Origin: an uncultured Acidobacteriota bacterium
GTDB lineage: Bacteria; Acidobacteriota; UBA6911; RPQK01; JAPXNP01
NCBI GenBank assembly: GCA_963777605.1
Contig: CAVZRV010000031.1
Location: forward strand, 32,001-96,000
DNA: 64,000 bases
Direction of reading: 5' to 3'
Shown in pieces: positions 26,719 to 37,641 of the stretch (position 1 is its first letter; each line of letters begins with the position of its first letter). The notes under the pieces were generated by a model that was not told the origin of the DNA, ran no database searches, and saw only the letters and a list, made by a program, of their open reading frames with translations. The position numbers and the translations under genes are program-made.

Positions 26719-27717
26719 CTACAGTTCAATTTCCCGATCCTCTTCCGAAGACTTGACAAGCGCAAGTGCAACACGCAGTGCTTCGACGGCTTCCCAGGGT
26801 CTAATCACTTCCGGCTGCCTGCTCTCCCTCACGCACTGGACAAAATAGGCAATCTCGTCCCTCAATGGACCTCTTATTTCTCCGTGGAACCAGGCGTCAT
26901 AGGAAACATTCATGGTCTCCGACCCGCTCTCGTTCCAAAGAGTCAACCCTGAAGGAACCAGGGCAAGATTCGCGACCCCGTTGGTACCGATCACCTGCAT
27001 CGAGTCCTCTGTCACGACACCGGCGCGATCCGGAAGCAGCCAGTGAGTTTCGAGACAGGCTACCCCGCCCCCCTTGAACTCGAGAAAACCCCAGTTGACA
27101 TCCGGATAGGTCTTGCCCTGGATATTGCGCGTGACGCCCCGTACTCTTGCCACGGAATCTCCCGTATACCAGAGACAGAGGTCGATGTCGTGAATGGCGT
27201 TGACAAGCAGGCCGTGAACCCGGTCTCCGTAGGTCTGATAAAGCCGTTTTGCACGATTTCGCCTTGCATGAATGGAGACAATTCGACCGAAAGTCCCTTC
27301 GTTGCAGAGTCGCTTGACGGTCGCGTACCGGCTCTCGAAGCGGAGGATATGGCCCACCATCAGGTACACTCCTGCTTGAGTCACCGAATCGACGATTCGC
27401 CGGGCGTCGTCGAGCGTGGTCGCAATCGGCTTCTCGAGGAAGACATGTTTTCCACACCGCGCGGCCTGTTCAACCGGTCCCGCGTGATCGGACTCCGGCG
27501 TTGCCACAAACACAATCTCTATGTCGTCTCGCTCACAGAGCTGCCGGTAGTCCGTGCAGAGGACTTTGACACCATACTTCGCGCCAATTTCCTCAAGACG
27601 GCTCTGGTTCGAATCACAAACAGCGACGACTTCGACGTCGTTCAGGACCTTACACACCTGTAAATGCAGTTCCCCGAAAGATCCTGCCCCAACCAGCCCT
27701 ACCCCAATCTTCGGCAT
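26719..27717 (-). CDS. Gfo/Idh/MocA oxidoreductase
   Basis: VGAGSFG, HVFLEKP, GHILRF, IHDID. Confidence 0.92.
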   Translation of the reverse strand: MPKIGVGLVGAGSFGELHLQVCKVLNDVEVVAVCDSNQSRLEEIGAKYGVKVLCTDYRQLCERDDIEIVFVATPESDHAGPVEQAARCGKHVFLEKPIATTLDDARRIVDSVTQAGVYLMVGHILRFESRYATVKRLCNEGTFGRIVSIHARRNRAKRLYQTYGDRVHGLLVNAIHDIDLCLWYTGDSVARVRGVTRNIQGKTYPDVNWGFLEFKGGGVACLETHWLLPDRAGVVTEDSMQVIGTNGVANLALVPSGLTLWNESGSETMNVSYDAWFHGEIRGPLRDEIAYFVQCVRESRQPEVIRPWEAVEALRVALALVKSSEEDREIEL

Positions 27718-27800
27718 CCTCAGCTTCCTTTCGATTGATCTGATATCTTTCACGCGCCGCCACAAAATCGCATCCCGATCGAGAGCGTTGAGGGAATCAC

Positions 27801-28550
27801 TCAGTATGTAGCCCTGCCCCCGCTCACGTCGTAGACCTGTCCAGTTACAAAGCTCGATTCATCACTGGCGAGGAAATGAATCACGGCGGCGACTTCGGAA
27901 GGCTCACCAATCCGGCCGAGAGGTATCTTGGCCGTCATGTATTCGATTTGCTCGGCGGTCAACTGGTCGAGTATTGGAGTCCTGATGACAGCCGGCGTCA
28001 CCGCATTGACCAGGATGTTGTACTTTGTGACTTCCTTCGCAAGCGCCTTTGTAAACCCAATGAGGCCTGCCTTTGACGTCGAATAGGGAACCATATTCGG
28101 GTTACCCTCCTTTCCTGCGATCGAGGCCACATTTACTATTCTGCCGCTCCGTTGCTGCATCATCGCCGGCAGGCACGCGCGACAGCAGAAGTAAGGTCCG
28201 TCCAGGTTCACTGCCAGAACCCTTCTCCACTCCTCTACCCTCTGCTCGCATAACGGAGATGCCGTCCCCGCAATTCCTGCATTGTTGACCAGGATGTCTA
28301 TCCGACCAAAAGACTTCAGAACTTCCCGGATCATCTCTTCCACGGAACCCTCGTCGGAAACGTCTACGTTGCACGCCGTCGCAGAGCCACCTCCTTCTCT
28401 AATTCGGCTCTCGCCCTTTCGGGCAGCTTTCTCATCCCGGTCAGCGACCACAACTCTTGCACCTGCTTGACTTAGCCGCTCAGCGGTCGCAAGTCCGATG
28501 CCCACCCCTGCGCCGGTAACGATCGCTACTTTGTCATCAAGATTGAACAT
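27801..28550 (-). CDS. SDR oxidoreductase (2-keto-3-deoxy-L-rhamnonate dehydrogenase-like)
   Basis: TGAGVGIG, NNAG, ASIAGKEGNP, YSTSK; subfamily assignment tentative. Confidence 0.88.
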   Translation of the reverse strand: MFNLDDKVAIVTGAGVGIGLATAERLSQAGARVVVADRDEKAARKGESRIREGGGSATACNVDVSDEGSVEEMIREVLKSFGRIDILVNNAGIAGTASPLCEQRVEEWRRVLAVNLDGPYFCCRACLPAMMQQRSGRIVNVASIAGKEGNPNMVPYSTSKAGLIGFTKALAKEVTKYNILVNAVTPAVIRTPILDQLTAEQIEYMTAKIPLGRIGEPSEVAAVIHFLASDESSFVTGQVYDVSGGRATY

Positions 28551-28832
28551 TACACGGTCTCCCTGGAAGCCGGATGGTCGGCCGGCTTCGAAATACTTGG
28601 TCCACTCCAGGCAACCGCCGGTTCCAAGCGTTCACGAGTGTTCAAACCGGACAGTGCCATTGCAAACGAATCACCTGTTCTCACACGTACTCCATTCTCA
28701 CCGGAAACCAGGGACGAGGCCAGAACCCTGCCCTGCTGGTCACCGACCCCAAACGACGGTTGACGCCGTCTCCTGTCAGGAACTTGACCGCAAGAATACC
28801 AGAAAAAGATAGATTAGATGCAATCATTCTAT

Positions 28833-28861
28833 TTGACATATCGTCGATTGTCCCGTATCAA
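28833..28861 (+). promoter_or_regulatory. Possible sigma70 promoter
   Basis: TTGACA-17 nt-TATCAA in the divergent intergenic region; weak -10. Confidence 0.3.
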
Positions 28862-29147
28862 CACTACGCGGGAACACACATAAGTGGGCTGGCGAGCTCA
28901 GTCTGAGACTTCGATTCTGGTCGATTCCGAAATCTCGATACTGTGTAAACTGGGGATTCTATTGGGTTCGAGGAAAGCTAAGATTGCGCGCCAAACGGAC
29001 ACCCGGATGGTGGCGGATCGCTTTCCTCAAAGTCATGTGCGTGTTCATAAAGATGCGCTGGAGATCATTGACAAATCTCGGTCGGGTACAGGCGCTGTCC
29101 GGCCGGCGTCCAAATGCGTGGATTCCGTCATCCGCTTGTGAGGTCTT

Positions 29148-30341
29148 ATGCAGATTGTCGACGTAAAGACGTACATCGTAAGCCTTGGGTTCCGGAATGC
29201 GATTTTTGTGGAAGTGGAAACAGATGAGGGGATTACCGGAGTTGCAGAGACGGTCATGAAGAGGAAAACTCGGACGATCGACCAATCGATCCGAGAGTTA
29301 AAGTCCTACTTGGTTGGCAAGGATCCCACCGACATCGAGATGCACTGGGAAAGCATGTACCGCGACTCGTTCTGGGTTGGAGGCCCGATGCACGCAACTC
29401 CGATAAGCGTTATCGACTGCGCTCTGTGGGATATCCTGGCGAAGAAATGTGGCCTGCCCGTGTACAAGATTTTGGGTGGCCCTACACGCAAATTGATTCC
29501 CAGTTACTGTCACTGTCCGGCAGGCTCGTCCCCCGAAGAGTTCGCGGCCGGCATCCGGGCATGTTCCAATCGCGGGTTCCGGGCCGCCAAGACAACTCTA
29601 CCGCTGTACTACGGGGGCAAGGACACAAATTCCACGATCGAGAATGGGAGTTCATACTCCGGTTTTCCCGGACAGCGCAGAAAGTGCCGCGAGACCGAAC
29701 TTTTTGACCCGCAGGTTTTCTCCAGGATTCGAGAGTTCTTCGTGGCAGCTCGGGAAGCCGGAGGGGGAGACTTCGGACTGGCTCTGGATTGCCACGGGAG
29801 GCTCAACGCCAAGTCAGCGATTCACCTATGCCGAGAACTCGAGGGATTAAACCTGCTCTTTGTCGAGGAACCGGTTCCACCGGAGAATCCGCAGGCCCTC
29901 AGGATCGTCAGGGAAAATACCACCATACCGATAGCGGCAGGAGAACGGTGGGCTACGATCCACGGTGTGCGCGAGTTCGTCGAGATGCAGGCTGTGGATA
30001 TTCTGCAGTGTGACATTGTCAACTGTGGCGGCATCACGGGCATGAAGAAGATCGCAGCCCTCGCCGAAGCCCACTACATCAGCCTCGCGCCGCACAATCC
30101 AAATGGTCCAGTGGCCACAACCATCGCGGTACATTTCGCGGCGGCTATCCCGAATTTCCTGATTCTCGAAACGATCGGCTCCGTCGAGGACAAGACGCTC
30201 TTTGAAATTCTCACAAAACACCATGCAACCGCCGAAGAAGGTTACTTCGAGCTCCCTGAAGACCGCCCTGGTTTCGGAGTTGAGCTCATGAAAGCCTCAT
30301 TCGCAGACTATCCTTATTTCCCCCACACCGGCCTGCGCTAG
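29148..30341 (+). CDS. Mandelate racemase-family acid-sugar dehydratase (DgoD-like)
   Basis: TDEGITG, IDCALWDI, DCHGR, FVEEP, AGER, GGITG, PHNP. Confidence 0.9.
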   Translation: MQIVDVKTYIVSLGFRNAIFVEVETDEGITGVAETVMKRKTRTIDQSIRELKSYLVGKDPTDIEMHWESMYRDSFWVGGPMHATPISVIDCALWDILAKKCGLPVYKILGGPTRKLIPSYCHCPAGSSPEEFAAGIRACSNRGFRAAKTTLPLYYGGKDTNSTIENGSSYSGFPGQRRKCRETELFDPQVFSRIREFFVAAREAGGGDFGLALDCHGRLNAKSAIHLCRELEGLNLLFVEEPVPPENPQALRIVRENTTIPIAAGERWATIHGVREFVEMQAVDILQCDIVNCGGITGMKKIAALAEAHYISLAPHNPNGPVATTIAVHFAAAIPNFLILETIGSVEDKTLFEILTKHHATAEEGYFELPEDRPGFGVELMKASFADYPYFPHTGLR

Positions 30342-30380
30342 CCTGGTCCCCGCGATGTCAAGACTGACTGGAGGCACCCT

Positions 30381-31337
30381 ATGAGGAAGAACCTGGAACG
30401 ATTCAAAGGGATCTTTCCTGCTGCGCTCACAATGTTTGACAAGAACGAGGACTTGGACTTAGAACTCACCGCCCGTCACTGGGAGTGGCTGATTCGGCAG
30501 GGTGTGGATGGGCTGGTCATCGCCGGCACGAGCGGCGAGTTCATCGCGATGGAGAAATCCGAGCGCGTGCGCCTCTTCGGCCTCGCCAGATCGGTCGCGG
30601 GGAGCCGTTTGCCGGTCGTCGTCGGCGCCGGACACTACTCGACCAAGCTGACGATTGAAATGTGCCATTCAGCCGAAGAAGCAGGAGCCGATGCGGTCAT
30701 TATCATTCTCCCGTACTATCAACGGCCCTTCAAGTCGGCGGTATTCGAACATTTTCGGATGGTTCGCAGGGAAACCGCCTTGCCGATCATGCTGTACAAT
30801 AACCCGGCAAACTCGGCCTGCGTGGATTTCACTCCACTGGAAATCGCTGAACTCGCAGGAGAGGACGTTGTCCAGATGGTCAAGTCTACGTACGAATCGG
30901 TCGTTCCGATCCATGAACTGCGGTTTCTCCTCGACGACCGGCTCGCCATCTTTTACGGCTCCTTTCTCGCAGCATTCGAAGGCCTGGTAGCAGGAGCACA
31001 CGGATGGATCAGCGGGATACTCAATGTCGTTCCACGTGCGGCAAGAATTCTCTACGAAAGCTGCCGAGAGAACAATGACGCCGACTTCGGTGCACGGGTC
31101 TGGAAGGAGATTCTGGAGATCGTCCACTTGTACACTCACCACCAGGTGGGTCCGGTGAGTGATCTCGCAATCTACAGGGGAATCCTCAAGCATTGGGGTC
31201 ACGATGCCGGCTTCAGCAGGAATCCGACCGCAAATCTCTCTTCCGAGCAGGAGCAGACTCTGTTGAGTCGGCTCAGGGACAATGGATGGATTGACGCCGA
31301 CCGGAAATTGGATCGAATGGTGGCTCGATGCGAGTAG
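30381..31337 (+). CDS. DHDPS/NAL-family aldolase or dehydratase
   Basis: GTSGEF, GAD, PYY, LYNNP, Schiff-base Lys in MVKST. Confidence 0.9.
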   Translation: MRKNLERFKGIFPAALTMFDKNEDLDLELTARHWEWLIRQGVDGLVIAGTSGEFIAMEKSERVRLFGLARSVAGSRLPVVVGAGHYSTKLTIEMCHSAEEAGADAVIIILPYYQRPFKSAVFEHFRMVRRETALPIMLYNNPANSACVDFTPLEIAELAGEDVVQMVKSTYESVVPIHELRFLLDDRLAIFYGSFLAAFEGLVAGAHGWISGILNVVPRAARILYESCRENNDADFGARVWKEILEIVHLYTHHQVGPVSDLAIYRGILKHWGHDAGFSRNPTANLSSEQEQTLLSRLRDNGWIDADRKLDRMVARCE

Positions 31338-32236
31338 GGATCTTCGGTTACGGTTACGTGGCGGCGGCGCACGCCCGGCAATTGGGCAGACTCACCGAAG
31401 TCGAATTGACCGCCGTTTACGGACCGAGTCTCGAAAAGGCCAGGCAATTCGCTTCCAGGTACTCGATCAGGACCGCATCCGACAACGTAGAGGAGGCTCT
31501 ATCCTCCGTTGATGCGGCGATTGTCTGCTCTCCGTCTCATGCCCATTATGACCAGACGCGCATTTTACTCGACGCCGGCGTGCACACGCTCGTCGAATTG
31601 CCGCCCTGTAGCGATTCCCAGAGCGCACGGGAACTCCAGGAAACCGCCTCCCGACATGGCATCGTACTGCAATGCGCTCACACGAGCCGATTCCTCCGCG
31701 CCTATCAAATCGTCCGAAAGGCCGTTCAGGAAGGACTCCTCGGCGAAATCAGCCAGATCGTATATACGCGCCATCTGCTCCCCCCGCCGCGCAGCTGGAA
31801 GGACGACGCTCTGCACCACCACTCGATGCACGCCCTGGACCTCTTGCTGGACTGGTTCGGCGAGGTTGAACCTGTAAGTTGCATGACCTTCCAGGCGGAA
31901 GGCGTCGTGACGAGCGCCACTCTTCTCCTCAGCCTGCCAAACGGCGCAAGCGCCTCAGTCTCCATAAGCCACACGGCCAGGCTACCGAGAAATCTTCTGG
32001 TGGTCGTCGGCACCGGACACACCCTTGAAACGGACGGATTCACCCTCCTTCGATCAGATCTTGGCTCGCTTAAGTACGCGAACGACCACACGCGCTCGTA
32101 CTTCGAAGCCATCCGGGCTCAGGACCTTGGTTTCGTCCAGCAATGCGGCGGTGAAGTGGGCGGCACGGACTGGTCCGAAACCGTCCGCCTGATGGCGAAT
32201 CTTGATGCCACGAGGGCCTGCCAGGGACGTCAGTGA
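31328..32236 (+). CDS. Gfo/Idh/MocA oxidoreductase
   Basis: GIFGYGYVA, CSPSHAH, LVELP, AHTSRF; overlaps the upstream stop. Confidence 0.82.
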   Translation: MRVGIFGYGYVAAAHARQLGRLTEVELTAVYGPSLEKARQFASRYSIRTASDNVEEALSSVDAAIVCSPSHAHYDQTRILLDAGVHTLVELPPCSDSQSARELQETASRHGIVLQCAHTSRFLRAYQIVRKAVQEGLLGEISQIVYTRHLLPPPRSWKDDALHHHSMHALDLLLDWFGEVEPVSCMTFQAEGVVTSATLLLSLPNGASASVSISHTARLPRNLLVVVGTGHTLETDGFTLLRSDLGSLKYANDHTRSYFEAIRAQDLGFVQQCGGEVGGTDWSETVRLMANLDATRACQGRQ

Positions 32237-32292
32237 AGGGAACCGTCAGGAAAACCGTTCGTCGCGGGTGCGGTCGAGCCCTCGCAGAGCGA

Positions 32293-33276
32293 TCATAGCG
32301 CCGCCTTTCTGGCTCGCTTCAGCGGACGGTTCCTCGCCCCAGGAGGGTTGCCGTTCGTGGAATCGCTCTTTGAGGGAGTCTCCGTCTTGGTCTCCTCCAG
32401 CACGTCGAAGAATCGGATCAGTTCGGAAAGAATCTTCGGCTGTGCAGCCGATTTCTGGAAAACCAGCCCTTGCGCGCGTTTCAGCTTGAAGTCGGATATC
32501 CTCAGCAGGTGCAACTCCTTGCGTTCGATCTCTTCCTGGACGGACCGCGCCGGCAGGATGCTGATTCCCAAGTCGATCTTGACAAGGGGCTTCATCGTCG
32601 CCACATTTTCGGCAGCCATCGAGATTTTCGGGACGATTCCGACATCGGAAAAGAAATCATCAAGAAGCTTCCGCGTATAGGTGCCCTCCTGAAAGAGAAT
32701 CAAAGGATAATCCGCGAGTTCACGGGCGCGCAGCCTCTTTCTTTTCGCGAGAGTGGGGTGCTTTGGACTACTGACCACGACCATCTCTTCAGTGAAGAGA
32801 GGGATCACCTTCAGGTCAGGGAAATCTACGGGTAGGGTGAAAAGGCCGAGGTCGATTTCATTCTCCCGCAGCCGGTCGATCAATTGGGTCGTCGGCCCCG
32901 TGATGACCTCGATTTCCACGTCCGGATACTCTTCCTTGAACCGTTCAAGGATGGCTGGAAGAATGTAGATACAGGCGATCATACCCGCCCCGACTTTGAG
33001 CCGACCTCTCTGAAGCCTTCCCATTTCGGAGACTTCCATCGCGGCGTTTTCGAGGTCGCGAAAGATCCGCCGGGTATATCGCAGGAGGGTCTCGCCGGAA
33101 GGAGTCAAGTAGATTCGGCGATTCACCCGCTTAAACAGCAGAGTACCCAGTTCCTCCTCCAGCATCCCGATTTTCCTGCTGATGGCCGACTGAGCAACGC
33201 GCAGTTCCTGGCTGGCCTTGGTGAAACTGTTGTTTTCGGCTACGGCTCTGAACATCTCCAACTGTCGAAGGTCCAT
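32293..33276 (-). CDS. LysR-family transcriptional regulator
   Basis: MDLRQLEMF..SFTKAS..QSAISRKI..LEEELG..LF..LTPSG. Confidence 0.95.
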   Translation of the reverse strand: MDLRQLEMFRAVAENNSFTKASQELRVAQSAISRKIGMLEEELGTLLFKRVNRRIYLTPSGETLLRYTRRIFRDLENAAMEVSEMGRLQRGRLKVGAGMIACIYILPAILERFKEEYPDVEIEVITGPTTQLIDRLRENEIDLGLFTLPVDFPDLKVIPLFTEEMVVVSSPKHPTLAKRKRLRARELADYPLILFQEGTYTRKLLDDFFSDVGIVPKISMAAENVATMKPLVKIDLGISILPARSVQEEIERKELHLLRISDFKLKRAQGLVFQKSAAQPKILSELIRFFDVLEETKTETPSKSDSTNGNPPGARNRPLKRARKAAL

Positions 33277-33622
33277 AGAGGAACACCATTTCGTTCAGGC
33301 AGCCCTGCAACTGCATGGGAAAGCAATTCCGCTCAACGCTTTACAGGGAGGCGAGAGCGCAATGGGTCTGGTCATAATGCATATAGATTCTAGATCATTT
33401 CGATCCAGTCATTCTACTGGACAGGATCGAAACAATTCTCTAAGCTTCCAACCAGCTGTTTACTAACGGTTTACATCACCGAAATCCAGACGAATCGGAG
33501 CTTAACTCGTTTCGGAGATTCCCGGTTGGCGTGTGTTCGCATTCGGTCTCGATCTCGGCATGGGTTCCTTGGCCGGCAAGACAGATTGCAAAACTGGCTA
33601 CGAGAGGAGAGCAGTTCGGAAC

Positions 33623-34846
33623 GTGAACGAACCAGCCCCGCCCTACAAAACTCCGACGAGGACGTGGTGGCTTTGCGGCTTCCTTTTCATGGCAACGGTC
33701 CTGAACTACCTCGATCGTCAGGTTCTGGCCTTGACCGCCGAACGGATCATCGGGGAGTTCCATATCAGCCAGGAAGGGTTCGGCGAGATCATCGCCGCAT
33801 TCCGATATGCCTATGCGATTTTTCAAATTGGCGGAGGCTGGATGGTGGATCTTTGGGGCCCCAGAACGGTCTACCCTGTGGCCGTCGGAATCTGGTCGCT
33901 CGCCGGCATTTTGACCGGCCTCTCAGTGTCGGTCAGATCACTCGCGGGATTCAGGTTCATGCTTGGGTCCGGCGAGGCATTCAATTGGCCCTCCGCGCTC
34001 AAGATCACGAAACGGCTGATTCCCCCAAAGGACCGCGCGCTGGCTAACGGCATCTTCAACAGCGGCGCCGCAGCTGGGGCCATGGTCGCACCCGTAATCG
34101 TCACGCTGGTAACGCTCTACTTCGGATGGAGAGCGGCCTTCGTCGTTACCGGTCTTCTGGGTGCCATTTGGCTCATCGGATGGCTGAGATTCAGTCGGCC
34201 GGTATCCCATCAACTGGGCGGGTCTCCCCGTTCGGCTCTTGACATTCTGCGGGTGATGAGACGAATTCTGCTGCTGCGCGGGTTTTGGCTGCTTGCGGTC
34301 TCCGCGATCATCATCAACAGTGTGAATTACTTTCTGGCGGATTGGATCCCGCTCTACCTGAAAACCGAGCGCGGTTTCAGCTTTTCCGTCGGGAACGCTC
34401 TATCTATCGTCGTCTACGCCAGTCTCGAGGCGGGAAATATCCTCGTCGGTTTATTCATCAAGAGACTGGCCGAGCGCGGTTTTGGAATCGCGGCGGCCCG
34501 GAAATTCGCGCTGTTCGGCAGTTGCCTGATGATGTCCTCGGCTGCCTTTGTGGGAGTGACGCCCTATCGCTATCTTGCGGTCGCTCTGCTCATGCTGACC
34601 GCCTGCGGCGTCGCCAGTTTCCTCGTGATTTACCTGACGCTGGTACAGGACCTCGACCCGGTCAATGTCGGTGCCAGTGCCGGGTTGCTTGGGGGGTTAG
34701 GCAATCTCGCCTATGGTTATGCCAGTCCCTATATTGGAAGGCTCGCCGACCTGAATGAGTCGGCCTTGACCTTTGCCGCGATCGGGTTGCTTCCCTGGTT
34801 TGCCTTTGCCGCGATCTTTTGGGGGGTTGACCTCGAGGAGCGTTGA
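33623..34846 (+). CDS. MFS transporter (ExuT/ACS-like)
   Basis: LNYLDRQ, GWMVDLWGPR, RFMLGSGEA, GWRAAF; start uncertain (33533 or 33623). Confidence 0.88.
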   Translation: MNEPAPPYKTPTRTWWLCGFLFMATVLNYLDRQVLALTAERIIGEFHISQEGFGEIIAAFRYAYAIFQIGGGWMVDLWGPRTVYPVAVGIWSLAGILTGLSVSVRSLAGFRFMLGSGEAFNWPSALKITKRLIPPKDRALANGIFNSGAAAGAMVAPVIVTLVTLYFGWRAAFVVTGLLGAIWLIGWLRFSRPVSHQLGGSPRSALDILRVMRRILLLRGFWLLAVSAIIINSVNYFLADWIPLYLKTERGFSFSVGNALSIVVYASLEAGNILVGLFIKRLAERGFGIAAARKFALFGSCLMMSSAAFVGVTPYRYLAVALLMLTACGVASFLVIYLTLVQDLDPVNVGASAGLLGGLGNLAYGYASPYIGRLADLNESALTFAAIGLLPWFAFAAIFWGVDLEER

Positions 34847-34885
34847 GGTTCCCGCGAAACAAGCGAAGCTTCAGCACAATCCGAC

Positions 34886-37597
34886 ATGAAGAATAAGGAG
34901 TTGAAAAAGATGAAAGGCCAGAACGAAAACAATCCGCTGTGCAACCTTCCAGACCGGCGTGAGTTCCTCGGTCGGACGTCCAAACTCACGGGAGCAGTGC
35001 TCTTCTCCGGAATCGGAATTGCTCCCCTTGCCGCGGCTGCACAGGAGAGCGGCTCGATGCCGATTCCCGAGCCTCACTTCCCTTCCCAGATGCACCTGTT
35101 CGTCTGGCGTAACTGGAGTTTGGCCAACCTTGATCGTATTGCAGATGTCTTGGGCACGACTCCGGATCGCGTCCTCGAAACCGGGCGCCGGTTGGGGCTT
35201 CCTCCCAAGCCGCAACTGACAACCGATCAACTCCGCCGCATCTACATCACCGTCATTCGGCAGAACTGGCACGTTCTGCCCGAAGTGCAGCTGATACAGC
35301 TGTTGGGCTGGGACCGGGAGCACTTCGAGTTCACGCTTCGAGAAGACGACTTTCTCTCCCACAAGCTGGGCCCCAAGCCCCACTGCGAAGCGGTGCGCTA
35401 CAGCCCGGAAACTCCGGCGGTCGAAGAACGTCTCCGGGAAGTCCGAGAGACGCTCACCACGACCTTCGGTCCCGGCCTTTCGAGCCCCGGAGAACCACCC
35501 TTCCAGTTCGTCCAGGACCTCAGCAGCCGAGACTTCACTGACCTGCTCGACACGAATCGTGCGCTCCACGACAATGAGATTGATCTCACCGGCTGGACCC
35601 TTGAGCTTCCAGGCTCCTCCGAGCCCCAAAACAGGAAACTCCTGGAACAATTCCAGGATTACCTGCAGAAGACCTTCCGCTGTCGAGTTGCGACTTCTGC
35701 CCGGGCCTCCGGCCCCGCCGTCCGACTGCTGGCAAGCCCTGAACTCGCCAGGGAACGTGACAGCTTCGAAATTACCGTTGAACACGCCGCGGTTGTCGTT
35801 CGCGCCGTCGATTTTCTCGGCCTGCGGCAGGGGATTTCTCACCTCGAGAAGTTGATGGAAAGAAGAGGCGGTCCCTTTCTGCCAGTCGGTACAGTGCGGA
35901 AGGCACGCCGGATGACTCCGGCGTACCTTTACTCGTACTTTGCGCTCTACGGTGACCCCCTGATGGAAGCCGACATCGACCCCTTTCCTGACGGCTACCT
36001 CGAAAAACTCGGCCGGCTCGGCATCAACGGCGTTTGGCTGCAGGCGGTGCTGCGCAACCTTTCTCCGTCCCAAATCTTCCCGGACTTCGGCCAAGGGTGG
36101 CAGACTCGGCTGACTACCCTGAACCGGCTCGTCGAACGTGCCAAACGGCACGGGATCAACGTCTTCCTGTATCTCAACGAACCCCGCGCCATGCCCGCCG
36201 AGTTCTTCGAGAAATGGCCACAGTTGAAGGGAGTCCAGGACACCTCGGACTCCCGATACTTTGCCATGTGTACGAGCACCGTCCCTGTGCGTCAGTGGCT
36301 CGAGGAAAGCCTCTCCCATGTATTTAGGGAGGTCCCTGACCTGGGCGGAGTCTTCTCCATCACCATGTCGGAGAACCTGACCAACTGTTTCTCCAAGGGA
36401 AGGGCAAATCTCTGCCCTCGCTGTTCCAAGCGGGCCGGCGCCGAAGTCGTGGCTGAAGTACTCCAGGTCTTCAGGGACGGAGTCCGTCGCAGCAGTCAGG
36501 ACGCCGAAGTCATCGCCTGGGACTGGGGATGGGGACTCGTCAAGAACGGGGCCGATCCCTTCGAAATCATTCGGCGCATGCCGACCGACGTCAAGCTGCA
36601 AAGCGTCAGCGAATGGAGCAAGGAGATTACCCGAGGCGGCTTTGACAGTCGGGTCGGAGAGTATTCGATCTCCGTCGTGGGACCGGGCCCCAGGGCACTG
36701 AACCACTGGACGGCTGCGCGTCGGCAACACGTTAAAGCATTGGCAAAGCTCCAGGTTAACAACACATGGGAAATTTCGGCAGTGCCCTATATCCCAGTCC
36801 TCAATCTCATCAGGCAACACCTGGAAAACATGACCAGGGAGGGAATCAACGGCCTCATGCTTTCGTGGACCGTCGGTGGGTATCCGTCCCCAAATCTGGA
36901 AGTAGCCGGAGAGTATTGCCATTGGCCCACCCCGGAAAAGGAGACTGTCCTCCGCGACATCTCTGTGCGCAGATACGGGAAGGAAGCCACCGACTCGGTG
37001 CTCAAAGCCTGGGAACTCTTCAGCGAGGCGTTTCAGGAGTTTCCCTACGGAATCGCCATTTACATAATTCCGACGCAGCATGGGCCGGCGAATCCGTTGC
37101 GCCTCGAAAAGTCGGGCCATCAGGCTCGGATGATCCTGTTCCCTTACGACGACTTCAAACGCTGGTGCGGCCCGTACCCCGTGGAAATCGTCCAGCAACA
37201 GTTCGCGGTCATGTCGGCAAAGTGGGAAGAGGGATTGCAGGAATTTCGCCGGGCCGAGAACCAGGCGCGACCGCAACACAGGGCCCAGGTCAGCTCCGAA
37301 CTTGGAATCGCGGAAACCTGTTATCTCCACTTCCGGAGCGTGGCCAACCAGATCCGCTTTTACATGCTGCGCGACGAACTCGATGCCGGACAGGGAGTCC
37401 GTTCGGAGATAACGCTCGAAATGGAGCGGATTGCAGAGGACGAGATGAACCTCGCAAGGCAGCTCTTCGCGATCGCCCGGGACGACTCTCGCATCGGGTT
37501 TGAGGCTTCCAACCACTATTACTATCGACCGCTCGATCTGGCAGAGAAAGTACTCAACTGTGCTGACGTCATCCGAAGGCTCAAGCTGCTCCGCTGA
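34886..37597 (+). CDS. Tat-exported large protein, glycoside-hydrolase-like
   Basis: DRREFL twin-arginine signal; GH20/GH67-like N-domain (DSFEITV..GLRQGI); GINGVWL and YLNEP catalytic-like region. Confidence 0.6.
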   Translation: MKNKELKKMKGQNENNPLCNLPDRREFLGRTSKLTGAVLFSGIGIAPLAAAAQESGSMPIPEPHFPSQMHLFVWRNWSLANLDRIADVLGTTPDRVLETGRRLGLPPKPQLTTDQLRRIYITVIRQNWHVLPEVQLIQLLGWDREHFEFTLREDDFLSHKLGPKPHCEAVRYSPETPAVEERLREVRETLTTTFGPGLSSPGEPPFQFVQDLSSRDFTDLLDTNRALHDNEIDLTGWTLELPGSSEPQNRKLLEQFQDYLQKTFRCRVATSARASGPAVRLLASPELARERDSFEITVEHAAVVVRAVDFLGLRQGISHLEKLMERRGGPFLPVGTVRKARRMTPAYLYSYFALYGDPLMEADIDPFPDGYLEKLGRLGINGVWLQAVLRNLSPSQIFPDFGQGWQTRLTTLNRLVERAKRHGINVFLYLNEPRAMPAEFFEKWPQLKGVQDTSDSRYFAMCTSTVPVRQWLEESLSHVFREVPDLGGVFSITMSENLTNCFSKGRANLCPRCSKRAGAEVVAEVLQVFRDGVRRSSQDAEVIAWDWGWGLVKNGADPFEIIRRMPTDVKLQSVSEWSKEITRGGFDSRVGEYSISVVGPGPRALNHWTAARRQHVKALAKLQVNNTWEISAVPYIPVLNLIRQHLENMTREGINGLMLSWTVGGYPSPNLEVAGEYCHWPTPEKETVLRDISVRRYGKEATDSVLKAWELFSEAFQEFPYGIAIYIIPTQHGPANPLRLEKSGHQARMILFPYDDFKRWCGPYPVEIVQQQFAVMSAKWEEGLQEFRRAENQARPQHRAQVSSELGIAETCYLHFRSVANQIRFYMLRDELDAGQGVRSEITLEMERIAEDEMNLARQLFAIARDDSRIGFEASNHYYYRPLDLAEKVLNCADVIRRLKLLR

Positions 37598-37641
37598 GGG
37601 TCCCGGAACCAAACATTCAACCCAGGAGGCAAGGGAAGCAG

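Noticed and set aside
28551-29147. ORFs in the 600-bp divergent spacer
   Set aside because: No motifs or clear RBS; more likely regulatory DNA.
34871-37612. 913 aa antisense ORF
   Set aside because: Mirrors the plus-strand gene almost exactly and has no motifs; a typical shadow ORF in GC-rich DNA.
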